Assembly (NCBI GenBank): GCA_018401465.1
Contig: JAGYKE010000004.1
Location: 1,207,857-1,271,856, forward strand
From: Aestuariivita sp.
GTDB lineage: Bacteria > Pseudomonadota > Alphaproteobacteria > Rhodobacterales > Rhodobacteraceae
Length of the DNA: 64,000 bases
Direction: 5' to 3'
Shown here: piece after piece, positions 47,355 to 56,849 of the stretch
Numbering within the stretch: position 1 is the first letter of the stretch
Layout: every line of letters begins with the position of its first letter
Program-made: the position numbers and the translations under genes
The notes under the pieces: generated by a model
Told to the model about the DNA's origin: nothing
The model's database searches: none
The model's input: the letters and a program-made list of their open reading frames with translations, nothing else

Positions 47355-47431
47355 GAAATCGTGGACAGGATTGTCCTTGCCTTTCCCCGTGCCAGATTGC
47401 AGCGACGTCCCGTGAATCATATGTCTCTCAG

Positions 47432-49309
47432 ATGACCGGTGACGACGCGACTGACACTTCCCCGGAGCTGACCGGGCATGACCGGATTCAGGCCTATCTG
47501 AAGACGCTGAGCGGCGCGCCCGGCGTCTACCGGATGCTCGATGCGCAGTCCCGCGTGCTGTACGTCGGCAAGGCGCGCAACCTGCGCGCGCGGGTGTCGA
47601 ACTATGCCCGCCCCGCCGGTCACAGCCCCCGCATCGCACGGATGATCCGCGAAACCGCCTCGATGATGTTCCTGACCACGCGCACGGAAACCGAGGCGCT
47701 GCTGCTGGAACAGAACCTCATCAAGCAGCTCAAGCCCAAGTACAACGTGCTGCTTCGCGACGACAAAAGCTTTCCCAACATCCTTGTCGCCAAGAACCAT
47801 CCCTTTCCCCAGATCCGCAAGCATCGCGGCGCCAAGACCGACAGGGGCGCCTATTTCGGCCCCTTCGCCAGCGCCGGCGCGGTGAACCGCACGCTCAACC
47901 AACTGCAGAAGGCCTTCCTGCTGCGCAACTGCACGGATGCGATGTTCGACAGCCGCACCCGGCCCTGCCTGCTTTTCCAGATCAAGCGGTGCAGCGGGCC
48001 TTGCGTCGGCCTGATCTCCGGACCCGATTATGCCGCAAGCGTCGCGGATGCCGAACGCTTCCTGTCGGGCCGCTCCACCAAGGTGCAGGAGGATCTGGCC
48101 GCCCAGATGCAGGCGGCCTCGGACGCGATGGAGTTCGAACGCGCCGCGGCGCTCCGCGACCGCATCCGCGCGCTGACCCAAGTGCAAAGCGCGCAGGGCA
48201 TCAACCCCCGCGGCGTGACCGAGGCGGACGTGATCGCGCTCCACCTCGAAAACGGCCAGGCCTGCGTGCAGGTGTTCTTCATCCGGTCGGGCCAGAACTG
48301 GGGCAACCGCGATTTCTACCCACGGGTCGGCGCTGATATCGACGAAGGCGAGGTGCTGCAGGCCTTCCTTGGCCAGTTCTACGACAACAAGGAACCGCCC
48401 CGGCAACTGATCCTGAGCCACGGGATCGAGGACACCGACCTGATGACCGATGCGCTGTCCCAGAAGCTGGGCCGCCGGGTCGAAATCCTCGTCCCCCAGC
48501 GGGGCGAAAAGGCCGAACTCATCGATGGCGCGCTGCGCAACGCCCGCGAAAGCCTTGCCCGCCGCATGGCCGAGACGGCGACGCAAGGAAAGCTTCTCGA
48601 CGGTCTGGCCGAGGCCTTCGGCCTCGACACCCCGCCGCAGCGGATCGAGGTCTATGACAACAGCCACATCCAGGGCACCGATGCGGTCGGTGCGATGATC
48701 GTCGCGGGGCCGGAGGGCTTCGTGAAAAGCCAGTACCGCAAGTTCAACATCCGCGGCGACGACCTGACCCCGGGCGACGATTTCGGCATGATGAAAGAGG
48801 TGCTCTCGCGCCGCTTCGCGCGCCTGCTCAAGGACGATCCCGACCGCGACCGCGGTCAGTGGCCCGACCTTCTGCTGATCGACGGCGGGGCAGGGCAGGT
48901 GGGCGCGGTGGCGCAGATCATGGCCGAACACGGTGTCGACGACATCCCCATCGTGGGCGTGGCCAAGGGCATCGACCGCGATGCGGGCAAGGAGGAATTC
49001 CACCGCCCCGGCGCGCGCGCCTTCGCGCTGCGCCACAACGATCCGGTGCTTTACTTCGTCCAGCGCCTGCGCGACGAGGCGCACCGCTTTGCCATCGGCG
49101 CGCACCGTGCGAAACGGGCAAAGGCGGTGGGCGCCACCCCGCTCGACGACATCCCCGGCGTGGGTGCCGGGCGCAAGCGCGCGCTTCTCGCGCATTTCGG
49201 CAGCGCGAAGGCCGTGAGCCGCGCGAACCTCGCCGATCTGAAGGCCGTCGACGGGGTGAGCGAGGCGCTCGCCCAGAAGATCTACGACTTTTTCCACGAC
49301 CGGGGCTGA
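47432..49309 (+). CDS. uvrC: Excinuclease ABC subunit C
   Basis: GIY-YIG start PGVYRMLD...[14 protein letters not shown], plus UvrBC and HhH C-terminal regions. 625 aa. Confidence 0.96.
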   Translation: MTGDDATDTSPELTGHDRIQAYLKTLSGAPGVYRMLDAQSRVLYVGKARNLRARVSNYARPAGHSPRIARMIRETASMMFLTTRTETEALLLEQNLIKQLKPKYNVLLRDDKSFPNILVAKNHPFPQIRKHRGAKTDRGAYFGPFASAGAVNRTLNQLQKAFLLRNCTDAMFDSRTRPCLLFQIKRCSGPCVGLISGPDYAASVADAERFLSGRSTKVQEDLAAQMQAASDAMEFERAAALRDRIRALTQVQSAQGINPRGVTEADVIALHLENGQACVQVFFIRSGQNWGNRDFYPRVGADIDEGEVLQAFLGQFYDNKEPPRQLILSHGIEDTDLMTDALSQKLGRRVEILVPQRGEKAELIDGALRNARESLARRMAETATQGKLLDGLAEAFGLDTPPQRIEVYDNSHIQGTDAVGAMIVAGPEGFVKSQYRKFNIRGDDLTPGDDFGMMKEVLSRRFARLLKDDPDRDRGQWPDLLLIDGGAGQVGAVAQIMAEHGVDDIPIVGVAKGIDRDAGKEEFHRPGARAFALRHNDPVLYFVQRLRDEAHRFAIGAHRAKRAKAVGATPLDDIPGVGAGRKRALLAHFGSAKAVSRANLADLKAVDGVSEALAQKIYDFFHDRG

Positions 49310-49356
49310 CACAGCCATCCCTTCCCCCCGCCGCCCGCGCACGATATGAAACGTCC

Positions 49357-50028
49357 ATGCACTGGACGCTGCCGAATATCCTGACGCTTCTGCGCCTGTT
49401 GGCCGCCCCTGCCGTGGCGGTGATGTTTCTCTACTTCAACCGGCCCTATGCCGACTGGTTCGCGCTGATCCTGTTCCTTGGTGCCGCGATCACCGACTGG
49501 TTCGACGGATACCTCGCCCGCGCCTGGAAGCAGGAAACGAAGCTCGGCGCCATGCTCGACCCCATCGCCGACAAGGCCATGGTGGTCATCGCGCTCATGG
49601 TCATCGTGGGCTATTCCAACCACAACTGGACGGCCTGGCTGGTGCTGCCCGCCACCTTCATCCTCTTCCGCGAGGTCTTCGTCTCCGGGCTGCGCGAATT
49701 CCTCGGCGATGTGGCCGGAACGCTGAAGGTCACGAAACTCGCCAAGTGGAAGACCACCGCCCAGATGGTGGCGATCGCGGTGCTGTTCTTGCAGGGCATC
49801 TTCGAACATTATCTCGGCATGGCGGCCTATGGCATGGACCAAGCCATGGTGGATGCCATCATGGCGGGCGAATTGCCCGATCTGCAGGGCCTTCGCTGGA
49901 AGTTCGAAGGCATGGTCTGGTCGGGCTGGGTCGGGCTTGTCCTGCTGTGGATCGCCGCGGCGTTCACGCTGGTCAGCGGATTCGACTATCTGCGCAAGGC
50001 CGCGCCGCATCTGAGAGAGGGGGCATGA
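49357..50028 (+). CDS. pgsA: CDP-diacylglycerol--glycerol-3-phosphate 3-phosphatidyltransferase
   Basis: MHWTLPNILTLLRL...DWFDGYLAR...GAMLDPIADK is the CDP-alcohol phosphatidyltransferase motif. Confidence 0.9.
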   Translation: MHWTLPNILTLLRLLAAPAVAVMFLYFNRPYADWFALILFLGAAITDWFDGYLARAWKQETKLGAMLDPIADKAMVVIALMVIVGYSNHNWTAWLVLPATFILFREVFVSGLREFLGDVAGTLKVTKLAKWKTTAQMVAIAVLFLQGIFEHYLGMAAYGMDQAMVDAIMAGELPDLQGLRWKFEGMVWSGWVGLVLLWIAAAFTLVSGFDYLRKAAPHLREGA

Positions 50029-50273
50029 TGGACGTTCTTTACTTCGCATGGGTGCGCGAACGGATCGGGCTGCCCAAGGAACGCATCGAGACGCAGGCCG
50101 AAACCGTCGCCGATCTGGTCGCGGAACTTTGCGCGCGCGAAGACCGCTATGCCGCCGCCTTCGCCGATCTCTCCGCGCTGCGCGTCGCGGTCGACCAGAA
50201 GCTGACCGGCTTCGACGCGCCGCTTGAAGGTGCGCGCGAAGTGGCCTTCTTCCCGCCGATGACGGGGGGCTGA
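50025..50273 (+). CDS. moaD: Molybdopterin synthase sulfur-carrier subunit
   Basis: 82 aa ending ...FFPPMTGG (C-terminal Gly-Gly). ATGA overlap with pgsA, directly upstream of moaE. Confidence 0.88.
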   Translation: MMDVLYFAWVRERIGLPKERIETQAETVADLVAELCAREDRYAAAFADLSALRVAVDQKLTGFDAPLEGAREVAFFPPMTGG

Positions 50274-50278
50274 GGCCC

Positions 50279-50722
50279 ATGCGCATCGTGGTGCAGGACG
50301 CCCCCTTCGACTTCGGCGCCGAGGCCGCCGCCTTCGCCGCGGATCGTCGCGACATGGGCGCGATCGTCACCTTCACCGGCGTCGTGCGCGACAGCGACGC
50401 GGGCGATCTGCAAGCCATGGAAATCGAACATTACCCCGGCATGACCGAAGCGGCCCTGGCCGACATCGCCACCCAAGCCCGCACGCGCTGGTCCTTGGGC
50501 GACGTGCTGGTGATCCATCGCTTCGGCCGCATGACCCCGGGCGAGCCGATCATGATGGTCGCCACTGCCGCCCCCCACCGGAAGGACGCCTTTGAGGCGG
50601 CCGAATTCCTGATGGACTATCTCAAGTCCCGCGCGCCCTTCTGGAAGAAGGAACACCGCGCCGGTCAGGCGGACTGGGTCGCGGCGAAGGATGAAGACGA
50701 AGACGCGCTCACCCGCTGGTAG
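50279..50722 (+). CDS. moaE: Molybdopterin synthase catalytic subunit
   Basis: GAIVTFTGVVRD...MEIEHYPGM...HRKDAFEAAEFLMDYLKSRAPFWKKE. Confidence 0.92.
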   Translation: MRIVVQDAPFDFGAEAAAFAADRRDMGAIVTFTGVVRDSDAGDLQAMEIEHYPGMTEAALADIATQARTRWSLGDVLVIHRFGRMTPGEPIMMVATAAPHRKDAFEAAEFLMDYLKSRAPFWKKEHRAGQADWVAAKDEDEDALTRW

Positions 50723-50732
50723 CAGTCCCCTG

Positions 50733-50784
50733 CTTCTTCGGGTTCACAAATATCCCAGGGGTGAGCGCCGCAAGGCGCGAGGGG
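50733..50784 (+). repeat. Solo copy of the repeat unit found at 16939-16990
   Basis: cttcttcgggttcaCaaatatcccAggggtgagcgccgcaaggcgcgagggg differs at only 2 of 52 positions from 16939-16990. Confidence 0.8.
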
Positions 50785-50833
50785 ATTGTCCATTGTCCGC
50801 CATTGGTCCGAGGACAATGGACGATGCCCCCTC

Positions 50834-51166
50834 TCAGCCCCGATGGGGCTGCATGCGCTCGATATAGACGCGCATTTCCTCGGCCTCGCGCCGTGCGTCG
50901 CGCAGGCCCTCCATGGCGGCGGTCAGTTCCGCCTCGGTCTGGCTCAGCTGGTTGGTCAGCTCCGCCTCGCGCTGCTGCAGGTAGGTGATCGCCTGATCGC
51001 GGGTCTCTTCCGCCTCGTGCAGTTCCTGGCTCATCCGCTCCAGTTCGCCCACATCGCCTGCCGCGACGCGGGTGAACCGGTGAACGAGCCAGTTGGCGAA
51101 CCAGCCCAGCGCGAAGGCCACGAACAGGATGATCGCTGTGGTGACGATGAATTCGGACCTACTCAT
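50834..51166 (-). CDS. Small membrane-anchored coiled-coil protein (110 aa)
   Basis: N-terminal TM helix IVTTAIILFVAFALGWFANWLV followed by a Glu/Ala/Arg/Leu-rich heptad-like region. 8-nt overlap with the upstream OmpA-family gene. Confidence 0.6.
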   Translation of the reverse strand: MSRSEFIVTTAIILFVAFALGWFANWLVHRFTRVAAGDVGELERMSQELHEAEETRDQAITYLQQREAELTNQLSQTEAELTAAMEGLRDARREAEEMRVYIERMQPHRG

Positions 51167-53021
51167 TCCCGGGTTCCCGTTCTTCCGTGGCCTCGGCGGG
51201 CGCTTCGGCGTCCGCCGGGATCAGCTTGAATTCAATCCGGCGGTTGGCCTCGCGGCCGTCTTCGGTGCCGTTGTCGGCGATGGGTTGGCTTTCGCCATAG
51301 CCCACCGCGGTGAAGTTCGCCGTCAGGATGCGCCGCGCGCGCATTTCCGCCAGAACCGATTCGGCGCGGGCCTGACTCAGCTGCTGGTTCATTTCCTCGC
51401 GGCCCTGACTGTCGGTATGGCCCTGAATTTCCAGCCGCAGATCGCTGCAGTTGCGCAGAAGCTCCGCGATGGCGTTCAAGGTATCGAGCGACTCTGCCGC
51501 GATCGTGGCCGACCCCGGCTCGAAGGTGATCTTTCCGCCCTCCTTGATTGTGGCAAGCCCCAGCTCGCAATCCCCAGGCATGGGGGTTTCGGGCAACACC
51601 TTCGGTGGCGCGCGATAGGCGATCTCGATCTCGAAGGTTTCGGCCCCGCCCAGCTGTTCCGAAAGAAGCTGCGCGACCGCCGCGCGCGTGTCCTCGGCAA
51701 AGGTCAGACCCCGCACGCTGATGTTGTCGGGACTGACGGTGACGATCCCGGTTTCGAGCATGCTCAGCGCCTCGATCCCTGCCAGCACGCGCACGGTCCA
51801 GTCGGGCGGCAGACCATCCACCAGCCGCGCGGCGGTATAGACCTGATCCGATCCGAATCGCGCCTTGGCATAGCTGTCGGCGAGCTGGCGCATGGTTTCG
51901 TCGGCCAGCCGTCCGCGCAGCTGAACCTGACCTTCGGGGCTCAGCATCGCGGTGAATTCCGGCGGCCCGGTCACGGCATCGACCGGCTGCGGCAGCACCG
52001 CATGAAGCGCGAAGACCTCTGGCAGCGCGGTCTGCAATTCCCCCACCACCCGGTCGAAGAGGCCCGCATCGGTTCCTTCCTGCGCCACCAGAGTGATGTC
52101 GGCATCCGAGAAAGTGACTGACCCGCCGCCCAGCGCGGCGACGGCCCCGATGGCCTTTTCTGCCGCTGCGGCCCAGCGCGGCGACGGCACACCCATCCCC
52201 ACCACGCAGCGCCCGCCGTTCGACAGACCTGCCTCGCGCGCCGCGGCAAGGATGCGCTCGCGCGCGGGATCATCCTGGGCGGAACAGGAATCGAAACGCG
52301 CCCCTTCGGCGTCCAGCACGAAGCGCAGCGTGAAAGGCGTGATCACCGGCCGCGGCGCTGCGATGTCGAGCTTCATGGACAGGCTCGGCGGCACGCGGCG
52401 GCGCAAATCGCGTTCCAGCGCGGCCTTCTCCTCGACGCTGTCGGCGATGGCGGTGATGGTGATCTGGCCCGCATCGACCGACACTTTCGACCGCGGCAGC
52501 GCGTCGAGCGCGGTGACCGCAAAGGCCAGTGCATCCTCCCACCCCTCGGGCGTGGGGTAATCCGCCGTCTCGAGCAGGTCGGTCATGCCCGTCGCCCCCG
52601 CGATCCCGGTCAGGCGTTTGACCAGCGCATCGCGGTCGCTGGTTGCCGGGATCAACCCGATGATCGAGATGCCTCCGTCATTGCGCAGGATTTCGGCGGA
52701 AAAGCGTGGCGGGCGGATTGCGTCGGTCGCCGCGACACTCATCTCGTCGATGACGCGGGCCGCGTCCACAACGGTGCCCGCGGTCGACACTGCGCGGAAT
52801 CGCGCGGCTTCGGAGGGGGCGGTGCCGCTCAGCGAAACGGTCAGTCCGTCGGCCTGCACCTCGGCCCAGCCCATCTGCCCTTCGTCCAGCACCCGGCGCA
52901 CCGCGATCTCGGAACTGTCCTCGATCACGCGGGCCGACAGGCTTGCCGCCACCAGACTCAGGATCGCGGCGGCCGTGAAAACGCCCGCGATGATGAAGAT
53001 GTGAGACAGGCGCATCGGCAA
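51159..53021 (-). CDS. OmpA-family protein with an N-terminal anchor and BON-like repeats (620 aa)
   Basis: TM helix IFIIAGVFTAAAILSLVAA and repeated ...V.L.G.A.S...R.....A....G...V.D... modules. C-terminal OmpA domain reads GHTDSQGREEMNQQLSQARA...NRRIEFKL. Confidence 0.8.
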   Translation of the reverse strand: MPMRLSHIFIIAGVFTAAAILSLVAASLSARVIEDSSEIAVRRVLDEGQMGWAEVQADGLTVSLSGTAPSEAARFRAVSTAGTVVDAARVIDEMSVAATDAIRPPRFSAEILRNDGGISIIGLIPATSDRDALVKRLTGIAGATGMTDLLETADYPTPEGWEDALAFAVTALDALPRSKVSVDAGQITITAIADSVEEKAALERDLRRRVPPSLSMKLDIAAPRPVITPFTLRFVLDAEGARFDSCSAQDDPARERILAAAREAGLSNGGRCVVGMGVPSPRWAAAAEKAIGAVAALGGGSVTFSDADITLVAQEGTDAGLFDRVVGELQTALPEVFALHAVLPQPVDAVTGPPEFTAMLSPEGQVQLRGRLADETMRQLADSYAKARFGSDQVYTAARLVDGLPPDWTVRVLAGIEALSMLETGIVTVSPDNISVRGLTFAEDTRAAVAQLLSEQLGGAETFEIEIAYRAPPKVLPETPMPGDCELGLATIKEGGKITFEPGSATIAAESLDTLNAIAELLRNCSDLRLEIQGHTDSQGREEMNQQLSQARAESVLAEMRARRILTANFTAVGYGESQPIADNGTEDGREANRRIEFKLIPADAEAPAEATEEREPGNE

Positions 53022-53085
53022 GTGGTGAGGTGTCCTTGCGAGGGGCTTCGCGACTGTTGTTACGCGCTCACCGACCGGGGCGCAA

Positions 53086-54051
53086 TCAGATCGGGACCGC
53101 CGCGCAGAACGCCGCCAGCGCGATCAGCCCCGCATCCCGGTTCGACCGGAACAGCCGCAGAAGGACCGGACCGTCCTCCGCGTCGAAGCGGCGCAGCTGC
53201 CAGGTCAGGTGCCAGCCGAGCGCCCAGGGCCCGCAGAGCGCGACGATCAGCACCAGCGGGTTCGTCCCCTGCGGCACCAGCGCCGCGATGACGGCCAGCG
53301 CCATCAGCGTGACCGTGGCGACAAGGAACCGGCGCAGCCACAGGGGCGAGTTCGCGCCGAACAGCCGCGCGGTCGACTTCACCCCGATGAGCGCGTCGTC
53401 CTCGGCGTCCTGATGGGCGTAGATCGTGTCGTAGAACAGCGTCCACGCGATCCCCGCCAGCCACAGAAGGCCCGCCGCCGGGTGGACCGATCCGGTATGC
53501 GCGGCCCAGGCCAGCAGCGCGCCCCAGTTGAAGGCGAAGCCCAGAAAGACCTGCGGCCACCAGGTGAAGCGCTTGGCGAAAGGATAGACCGCGACCAGCG
53601 CGAGCGATCCGACGCCCAGCGCGATGGCCGTCGGGTGGAACGTCAGGAGAATCGCGAAGGCCACCAGTGCCTGCGCGCCCATCCAGACCACCGCGCCCTT
53701 CACGCTGACCTGCCCCGACGGGATGGGCCGCGACCGCGTGCGCGCCACCTGCCCGTCGAAATCGCGGTCGGTGATGTCGTTCCAGGTGCAGCCCGCCCCG
53801 CGCATGAGGAACGCCCCGATTCCGCAGCCCAAGCCGATCCATGCGTCGCTCCATCCCGCCTGCCCGCTGTGCAGCATTGCCAGCGCCAGCCCCCACCAGC
53901 AGGGAATCAGCAAAAGCCAGGTGCCGATGGGCCGGTCGGCGCGCGACAGCCGCAGATAGGGGCGGGTCGCGGGCGGCGCCCAGCGGTCGACCCAGTTGTC
54001 CTTCGGGGCATCGGCCACCTGACCGGCTGGCGTCTGCGCGTCGCCTTGCAT
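53086..54051 (-). CDS. ubiA: 4-hydroxybenzoate polyprenyltransferase
   Basis: Start reset to MQGDAQTP (ATG 54051). NDITDRDFDGQVARTRSRP and YDTIYAHQDAEDD are UbiA motifs. Confidence 0.92.
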   Translation of the reverse strand: MQGDAQTPAGQVADAPKDNWVDRWAPPATRPYLRLSRADRPIGTWLLLIPCWWGLALAMLHSGQAGWSDAWIGLGCGIGAFLMRGAGCTWNDITDRDFDGQVARTRSRPIPSGQVSVKGAVVWMGAQALVAFAILLTFHPTAIALGVGSLALVAVYPFAKRFTWWPQVFLGFAFNWGALLAWAAHTGSVHPAAGLLWLAGIAWTLFYDTIYAHQDAEDDALIGVKSTARLFGANSPLWLRRFLVATVTLMALAVIAALVPQGTNPLVLIVALCGPWALGWHLTWQLRRFDAEDGPVLLRLFRSNRDAGLIALAAFCAAVPI

Positions 54052-54063
54052 ATCTAGGGACCC

Positions 54064-54786
54064 ATGACTGCGAAAATCAGGCTTTATGTAGATCAGCCTC
54101 TGGGGCAGGGGCAAACGGTTCCTCTGGACCGCGACCAGGCGCATTATCTCTTTTCCGTGATGCGGCTGGGTCCGGGCGACCGGGTGACGCTGTTCAACGG
54201 GCGCGACGGGGAATGGCAGGCGGGGGTGACCGATGCGGGCAAGCGCGGTGGGGAACTGACCTGCCTGTCGCAGTCGCGGCCCCTCATGATGCCGCCCGAT
54301 CTCTGGCTTCTCTTTGCGCCGATCAAGAAGGCGCGCACCGATTTCATCGTGGAAAAGGCGGCCGAGATGGGCGCGCGCCGCATCCTGCCCGTGCAGACCG
54401 AACACACCAATTCCGACCGCATCCGACAGGATCGCTTGCAGGCCCACGCAGTCGAGGCGGCGGAGCAATGCGGCGGCACCTTCGTGCCCGAAGTGGCCGA
54501 TCTTGTCGCGCTGTCCACGCTCCTGTCCGACTGGCCCGAAGACCGTCGCCTGATGCTCTGCGACGAGGCCGAGGCCGGCGCGGGCCGCGCCCTCAGCGAC
54601 GCGCCGCGCGGGCCTTGGGCCATCCTGATCGGCCCCGAAGGCGGCTTTTCCGCCGCCGAACGCGCCCGGCTTCACGCGCTGCCCTTCGTGCATGTGGTCA
54701 GCCTTGGCCCGCGCATCCTGCGCGCCGACACGGCCGCCGTGGCGGCGATGACGCTCTGGCAGCAGGCGCTGGGGGATTGGGGATGA
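54064..54786 (+). CDS. rsmE: 16S rRNA (uracil1498-N3)-methyltransferase
   Basis: MTAKIRLYVDQPL...HYLFSVMRL...LIGPEGGFSAAE...LGPRILRADTA is the RsmE pattern. Confidence 0.9.
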   Translation: MTAKIRLYVDQPLGQGQTVPLDRDQAHYLFSVMRLGPGDRVTLFNGRDGEWQAGVTDAGKRGGELTCLSQSRPLMMPPDLWLLFAPIKKARTDFIVEKAAEMGARRILPVQTEHTNSDRIRQDRLQAHAVEAAEQCGGTFVPEVADLVALSTLLSDWPEDRRLMLCDEAEAGAGRALSDAPRGPWAILIGPEGGFSAAERARLHALPFVHVVSLGPRILRADTAAVAAMTLWQQALGDWG

Positions 54787-55307
54787 GCTTTGTCCGACCC
54801 GAGGCGCGCGCCGCCCTGTGGCGCCTGCGCGAGGTGCTGGCGGCCGGGGCGCTCGGCGCGCTTGGGCTCTACTGGTTGTCCGCGCGCGGGCTTGTCATGG
54901 GGCTGGGGGCGGTGTGTCTTCTGGCGGCTGTGGCGCTTGCCGTCGTCGGTGTGCAGCGCGCACGGTTCCGCATCGGATCGGGCGGCCCCGGCATCGTCAC
55001 GGTCGATGAAGGGCAGATCGCCTATTTCGGCCCGCTGACCGGTGGTGTCGTGGCACTGGAAGATGTGCGGCGTCTCAGCCTCGACGCGACGGGCCTGCCC
55101 GCGCATTGGGTGATCGAACGGGCAGGGGGCGATCCGCTGCATATTCCCGTGACCGCGGAAGGGGCCGAGGCGCTGTTCGATGCCTTTGCGGCCCTGCCGG
55201 GGCTGCGCACCGAACGGATGATCGGTGAATTGCGCCGCCCGGGCGGGGGCAGGACCGTGATCTGGCAGCGCGACGGCACCGCGCCCGTAGCGCTCCCCCT
55301 GCATTGA
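54783..55307 (+). CDS. Hypothetical membrane protein (two TM helices plus a small soluble domain)
   Basis: ATGA overlap with rsmE. Protein-like composition and hydrophobic segments (LAAGALGALGLYWL, LGAVCLLAAVALAVV). No family recognised. Confidence 0.55.
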   Translation: MSFVRPEARAALWRLREVLAAGALGALGLYWLSARGLVMGLGAVCLLAAVALAVVGVQRARFRIGSGGPGIVTVDEGQIAYFGPLTGGVVALEDVRRLSLDATGLPAHWVIERAGGDPLHIPVTAEGAEALFDAFAALPGLRTERMIGELRRPGGGRTVIWQRDGTAPVALPLH

Positions 55308-55367
55308 CACCCCTGCCGTTTCGCCGCAGGACTTGCGCCGACCAAGTCAGGCGCGGAGGCCAACCCC

Positions 55368-56738
55368 ATGTCGATCCCCCAGTCCGGCGGCGGCCCGATC
55401 GAGCGGCACGAACAGCTTGCCGAATACATCGCCTCGGGCTGCAAGCCGAAGGAAGACTGGCGCATCGGGACCGAGCACGAGAAGTTCGGCTATTGCAAGG
55501 ACACCCTGCAGCCGCTGCCTTATGACGGGCCGCGGTCGATCCGCGCGATTCTCGAAGGGCTGCGCGACGCCCATGGCTGGGACCCTGTCGAAGAAGGCGG
55601 CAATATCATCGGCCTGACCAAGGCGGGCGCCAATGTCAGCCTTGAACCCGGAGGGCAGCTCGAACTGTCGGGCGCGCCGCTCGAGACGATCCACCAGACC
55701 TGCGACGAGGTGAACGACCACCTGCGCGAGGTGAAGGATATCGCCGACCGGATCGGTGTGGGCTTCATAGGGCTTGGCGCGGCGCCGGTCTGGACGCATG
55801 AGGACATGCCCCTCATGCCCAAGGGCCGCTACAAGCTGATGGATGCCTACATGGACAAGGTGGGCACGGCCGGGAAGGTGATGATGCGGCGCACCTGCAC
55901 GGTGCAGGTGAACCTCGACTTTTCGTCCGAGGCGGACATGGTGCAGAAGATGCGCGTGGCGCTGGCCCTGCAGCCGGTGGCCAATGCGCTTTTCGGCAAT
56001 TCTCCGTTCTTTGAGGGCAAGCCCAACGGCCACAAGTCGTGGCGCGGCTGGGTCTGGCGGCATCTGGACGATGCGCGCACCGGCATGCTGCCCTTCGTTT
56101 TCGACGAAGGCTTCGGCTTCGAGGCCTGGGTGCAATACGCGCTCGATGTGCCGATGTACTTCGTCTACCGCGACGGGCGCTACATCGATGCGCTGGGCCA
56201 GTCCTTCCGCGATTTCCTCAAGGGTCAGTTGCCCGCCCTGCCGGGCGAGACGCCGACGCTGTCGGACTGGGCCGATCACCTGACCACCGTCTTCCCCGAG
56301 GCGCGCGTGAAGAAATACATCGAGATGCGCGGTGCCGATGGCGGGCCTTGGCGCAGGCTCTGCGCGCTGCCCGCGTTCTGGGTGGGGCTGGTCTATGACC
56401 AGACCTCGCTCGACGCGGCGTGGGACCTGGTGAAGGGCCTTGATGCCGAGACCCGCGAAGGTCTGCGCATCGCGGCCAGCGTCGACGGCCTTGCCGGCCG
56501 GGTGGGTGATGTGTCGATCCACGACCTTGCGCGCGAAGCGGTGGCGATCGCCCATGCCGGGCTGAAGGCCCGCGCGCGGCCCGGGGCAGGGGGGCTGGTG
56601 CCGGACGAGACGCATTTCCTCGCCGCCCTGCAGGAGAGCGTGGAGACCGGCAAGGCCCCGGCGGACGAACTGCTTGATCATTTCCACGGCGACTGGAACG
56701 GCGATCTGAGCCGCATTTACCCCGAATACAGCTACTGA
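55368..56738 (+). CDS. gshA: Glutamate--cysteine ligase (plant/alphaproteobacterial GCS2 type)
   Basis: 456 aa with WRIGTEHEKFGY, SLEPGGQLELSGAP and VFPEARVKKYIEMRGAD motifs. Confidence 0.92.
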   Translation: MSIPQSGGGPIERHEQLAEYIASGCKPKEDWRIGTEHEKFGYCKDTLQPLPYDGPRSIRAILEGLRDAHGWDPVEEGGNIIGLTKAGANVSLEPGGQLELSGAPLETIHQTCDEVNDHLREVKDIADRIGVGFIGLGAAPVWTHEDMPLMPKGRYKLMDAYMDKVGTAGKVMMRRTCTVQVNLDFSSEADMVQKMRVALALQPVANALFGNSPFFEGKPNGHKSWRGWVWRHLDDARTGMLPFVFDEGFGFEAWVQYALDVPMYFVYRDGRYIDALGQSFRDFLKGQLPALPGETPTLSDWADHLTTVFPEARVKKYIEMRGADGGPWRRLCALPAFWVGLVYDQTSLDAAWDLVKGLDAETREGLRIAASVDGLAGRVGDVSIHDLAREAVAIAHAGLKARARPGAGGLVPDETHFLAALQESVETGKAPADELLDHFHGDWNGDLSRIYPEYSY

Positions 56739-56744
56739 GAGGCC

Positions 56745-56849
56745 CCGGAAAACGACGCGTTTTCCGGGTGCGTTTCCGACGCGGAAACGCCCGTTGCCGG
56801 GCGGGATTTCGCGTCGAAATCCCACCCGTTTTCCGTGTCGGAAAACGGG
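56745..56849. repeat. Four tandem perfect hairpins (9-11 bp stems, 3-nt loops) filling the gshA/plsY convergent spacer
   Basis: H1 56745-56767 ccggaaaacg-acg-cgttttccgg. H2 56770-56790 gcgtttccg-acg-cggaaacgc. H3 56803-56823 gggatttcg-cgt-cgaaatccc. H4 56825-56849 cccgttttccg-tgt-cggaaaacggg. Confidence 0.85.

Noticed and set aside
47417-49342. 641-aa minus-strand ORF
   Set aside because: It is the mirror frame of uvrC, and its Arg/Gly/Ala/His-rich translation shows no motifs.
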